Part shown: one piece after another, positions 21,864 through 25,676 of the stretch
Layout of the letters: each line of letters starts with the position of its first letter
Numbering within the stretch: position 1 is the first letter of the stretch
Assembly: GCF_000485595.1 (NCBI RefSeq)
Contig: NW_014577070.1
Coordinates: 558,432-584,107, forward strand
Length of the DNA: 25,676 bases
From: Priapulus caudatus
Taxonomy: Eukaryota
Direction: 5' to 3'
Notes under the pieces: model-generated
Seen by the model: the letters and a program-made list of their open reading frames with translations, nothing else
Database searches by the model: none
Told to the model about the DNA's origin: nothing
Program-made: the position numbers and the translations under genes

Positions 21864-24263
21864 CAATATCGTTGAAAGAAGTCACACAATCTACTGGAGT
21901 GGAGGAAAAGAGAAAACAGCAGGTGTTGGTTTTGCCATCTCCAACAAACTAGCTCCTCAAGGTATCAATCTGATACCAATCAATGACAGGCTTATGTCAG
22001 TGCGCATACAGTTGAAGAGTGGCGAACACCTTACACTTATCAGAGTATATGCACCAACTATGCAAAGAACACACGAAGACAAAAAACAGTTTTACGAGCG
22101 GCTTGGCAATTGCATTACAGCAGCTAAAGATGACAACATCATAGTTCTAGGTGATCTTAATGCTCGTGTTGGCATAGACTGGAAATCGTGGCCATCTGTC
22201 ATCGGTAAACACGGCGTTGGTAATAATATGAATTCAAATAGACTAATGCTATTAGAGTTCTGTACCCGATTGCAGCCTACAATCATGTGTACAATGTTTC
22301 AACTTAAAGACAGTCTGAAGAACACATGGCAGCACTTGCGGTCAAAGCCCTGGCATCAGATTGACCATGTACTAGCAAATCAAGCTGCAAAGCAACACGT
22401 CATAGTGACCAAGTTCTTGTGCATGGCGGCGCTCGTTTGAGAGTTTTCCTACTTGTACTCTTTCACATCTTCTGGACAACAGGGGAGATTCCCTCTGACT
22501 TGATTGATCCTAACATCACCATCCTGTTCAAGAAAGGTGACAGAAGTCAGTGCGGCAATTATAGAGGTATATCACTTCTAAGCGTAGTTGGTAAAGTCCT
22601 AGCAGACGTCATCTTGCAGCGACTACATCACCTTGCAGAGAAGATATACCCACAATCTCAGTCAGGGTACCACAGGGGCAGAAGTACTAAGGATGGAATC
22701 TTTACCTTTCGACAAGTAATAGAGAAAACGAGAGAAAAGCGCAGAAGTTTGTATATAGCTTTTGTGGACTTCACTAAAGCGTTTGACGCCGTCAATCGTG
22801 AGCTACTCTTTATCATCCTGAGTAAGCTGGGCTGCCCTGCAAAGTTAATTAGAATCATCAAGAAGCTATAGACGAACGTGCATGCAAGACTCATTGTAGA
22901 TGGTAAACTCACACAGGCCTTTAAGTACAACAGTGGTGTCAAGCAGGGTTGTAAGCTAGCACCATGTACTCTATGGCATCTATGCAGCTGTTTTACTTTG
23001 TCTTGCTTATAAGAAAATCAAGCACATCTGCATTGTAATGTACAGATGTCGCCATGATGGTGATCTATATGATCTTCGAAGACTAAAGTCAAAAACCAAA
23101 GTTCTTACCGAGTACATCAGGGAGGCTCAATATGCAGACGATATAGCCATATTCACTGACACTTCAGCGGGACTACAGTTGTTACTCACAGCTTACAACG
23201 ATCTTGCTAAGAAGATGGGACTACGTATTAATATTGCAAAGACAGAGACCATGTGCATTGGTACTGAAGCTGAGTTCTTCATAGCTGACACCAAGTTGGC
23301 GAACGTCATCCGCTTCAAATACCTTGGCAGCTATGTAACAAATGACTGCTCTATGAAAGAGGAACTTACAGCTCGTATCCAAGCAACATCATGTGCATTT
23401 GGTCGACTACGTCAAAGAGTGTTCAACTCACGTGACCTTACAATAAACACTAAAGTCAAAGTCTACAACCAGTGTCTTATGCCACTTCTGATGTACGGCA
23501 GTGAAACCTGGACTCTGTACCATCATCAAGTTCGACAACTGAGAACAATACAACAACGTCACCTGCGCTTAATCATGCATATTAAATGGGATAATTACAT
23601 TAGTAACGAGGAGGTCCTGAACAGAGCGGGTGTTGAAGACATCGTGTTGAAGCTAGTTAGAAGTCGTCTGCATTGGTTTGGCCACGTCTGTAGAATGGAT
23701 AATGACAGACCAGCAAAGGCATTCCTATACTTTCTGAATGGAATAATTTACCTCCTGACGTTCGAGATGTCCCCACCATTTCTTCTTTTAAAGTCCGTCT
23801 AAAGAAAATCTTGCCCTATCAATAGGGCCCATTGTGCTCTACTTACCCCGTACAATTTTAGTCAAAGTATTTCAACATATTGTGTATTTATTTAATATTT
23901 AACCGTTCTGTTGCTGTGAGACGGCCACGTGGAAGATAAATCCGCGCCAATTTATTGTGTCTGTACCTAACATGTTTTACCGTCGTTAAATAAACTTTTT
24001 ACTTACATACTTACTATACAGCGAGCTAGCAAATGGATCCCGATCTGTTGGTTGCCCTAAATTGAGATATAAGGATACCTGCAATTCTCTGCAAAGGTAC
24101 TCTGAGGTGCGGTAATGTTCTTGATCAGTGGAGGAATGTTGTAGACAACAGCCAGGAGTGGAGCGGTCGTGTGCATACAACTTGTGAATGCTTCAACATA
24201 AAGAGAATCAAACAGTATGAAAGAAAAAGTGAACGAAGACTAAAGAATTTGAACAAAAGATGA
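21864..24263 (+). mobile_element. Decayed RTE-clade LINE (AP endonuclease + reverse transcriptase)
   Basis: EN motifs YWSG, GVGFAI, VYAPT, LGDLNARVG and HQIDHVL. RT motifs NYRGISLLS, AFVDFTKAFD, GVKQGCKLAP, QYADD, FKYLGS and YGSETW. The RTE-type tail SRSVGCPKLRYKD follows 24020. The element is 5'-truncated, with the EN-RT linker deleted near 22415, an in-frame stop at 22869, frameshifts and a nested insertion. Confidence 0.93.
23731..24013 (+). mobile_element. 5'-truncated CR1/L2-type LINE 3' end inserted in the RTE element
   Basis: Encodes SEWNNLPPDVRDVPTISSFKVRLKKILPYQ* (WN.LP...FK..LK ORF2 tail), then a 3'UTR, AATAAA and a (TTAC)-like tail. Flanked by CTATAC (23725-23730, 24014-24019). 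Removing it restores the RTE reading KAFLYSELANGSR. Confidence 0.8.
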
Positions 24264-24554
24264 TCTATGAACTTTATAGCGATAGATATGTATACTAAAA
24301 AATAACTTATTTATTCTGTGTTAATGCCGTGTTCGGTGCTTTCCTAAGGTATATATATATATAATATAAGCTGATGCAACCCTGTTAAAATTTAAATCCG
24401 CCAATAGGTGGCGACAGTGACACAACATAGACTATAATTACTCAAATACTATGCACCACACATCACTCATCCAGCTAGCATCACACAACATAGTCAGTGT
24501 GTAGCAAGTATACTACTGAGTCAGTACGAGTCAAATTCATATATCATTATTGCC

Positions 24555-25084
24555 ACATGCCGTGCGTTTCACGGTCGTTACGTGCCGGCTGAGCGCGGCC
24601 ACCGGGTGTCCCACCGACGTCCACATGGCCGTATGCGTTTTACGATCGTTACCATGCGTGGTTTTCACCGACGTCACATGCCGTGTGTTTCACGGTCGTT
24701 ACATGCCGTGTGTTTCACCAACGTTACATACCGTGTGTTTCAACGACGTCACATACCGTGTGTTTCATGGTTGTTACATGCCGTGTGTTTCACCGACGTT
24801 ACATGCCGTGTGTTTCACGGTCGTTACATGCCGTGTGTTTCATGGTTGCTACATGCCGTGTGTTTCACCGACGTCACATACCGTGTGTTTCATGGTCGTT
24901 ACATGCAGTGTGTTTCAGCGACGTCACATACCGTGTGTTTCATAGTCGTTACATGCCGTGTGTTTCAGCGACGTTACATGCCGTGTGTTTCATCGCTGTT
25001 ACATGCCGTGTGTTTCACCGACGTCACATACCGTGTGTTTTACCGACGTTACATGCCGTGTGTTTCACGATCGCAACATGCCGC
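24555..25084 (+). repeat. 25-bp minisatellite, ~20 units
   Basis: Units CACCGACGTCACATGCCGTGTGTTT and CACGGTCGTTACATGCCGTGTGTTT, largely alternating. Confidence 0.95.
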
Positions 25085-25282
25085 CTGGCTGACCGGAATT
25101 AAGGCTGTCACCCACACGTTCCATCGGGGCAACACCTTTTCACAACCAATACATGTGTGCATCGGTCACTTTGCGCGCATCCCGTGATTTCACCCAATTC
25201 AACGCATTTATAGGTGGGAGGTAGGAAATACGTTAAAGATAAGGGTAAGATTCGTTGTAAGGTTAGGCTTCGGGTTGTCAGA

Positions 25283-25676
25283 GTTAGGAGTGCAGTGCCG
25301 TCTGAGGCAAACTTCATAATATAGCTTGCTGAGGGAGAGAGGGGATGGGAGACTCAGGAAAGGCTGCGGTGAAGATAGCTGGGGGCGGTAGAAGAAGGAG
25401 GCTGAGCAAGGGACAGGGGAGGCAAGGGGTTGGACGCGAGGGCATAAAGTAGATGTTTTGTATCCTACATGCCAAAGCGCTCTCCTTATTATAAACACAG
25501 GTCTACTAATAAAAGTTGGTTAGGGAAATCTATGCTGAGATATCCCCTAATCATTTTAAATATATATTCATCACAAAATACAACTCCTCTGGTGAGATAT
25601 TGCGCATGCGCTAACACACTAACGTAGCCAGATTATGTACTGGCTGGTATACGCAGCGAGGACCTTATATGCAAGA
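25283..25676 (+). repeat. Resumption of the ~540-bp satellite (runs off the window)
   Basis: GTGCAGTGCCGTCTGAGGCAAACTTCATAATATAGCTTGCTGAGGG... matches the 20065-21863 units in the same orientation. Confidence 0.95.

Noticed and set aside
24550..25187. CRISPR-like array or Cys/His-rich protein genes
   Set aside because: The 25-bp units are head-to-tail with no unique spacers and no cas genes, in a eukaryotic context. The ORFs are artefacts of the repeat.

Overview
Eukaryotic, AT-rich, spliced animal genomic DNA with four N-gaps. The repeat types suggest a lophotrochozoan invertebrate (inference). Three host genes can be built by hand from GT-AG exons. (1) The 5' four coding exons of mitochondrial cytochrome c1 (CYC1) lie on the minus strand (3409->620) and continue off the left edge. 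(2) Mitochondrial fission factor (MFF) lies on the plus strand (8062-9420, probable first exon near 3.6 kb), head-to-head with CYC1. (3) A three-exon claudin/PMP22-family tetraspan gene (12425-14657) ends in a PDZ-binding motif. The probable first intron of MFF holds a stack of nested DNA transposons: Mutator-like, hAT-like and pogo-like MITEs, plus an Academ-like end carrying the first exon of a RecQ-type helicase. The right third is repeat DNA: ~180-bp, ~540-bp and 25-bp tandem arrays, and a decayed RTE retrotransposon with a second LINE tail inserted in it. Two signals stand out. The first is five tiny (29-42 bp) CA..TG hairpins with 7-bp target duplications that resemble P-element excision footprints. 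The second is a transposon-borne RecQ exon whose splice phase would join in frame to MFF. No prokaryote-type system or CRISPR array is present.
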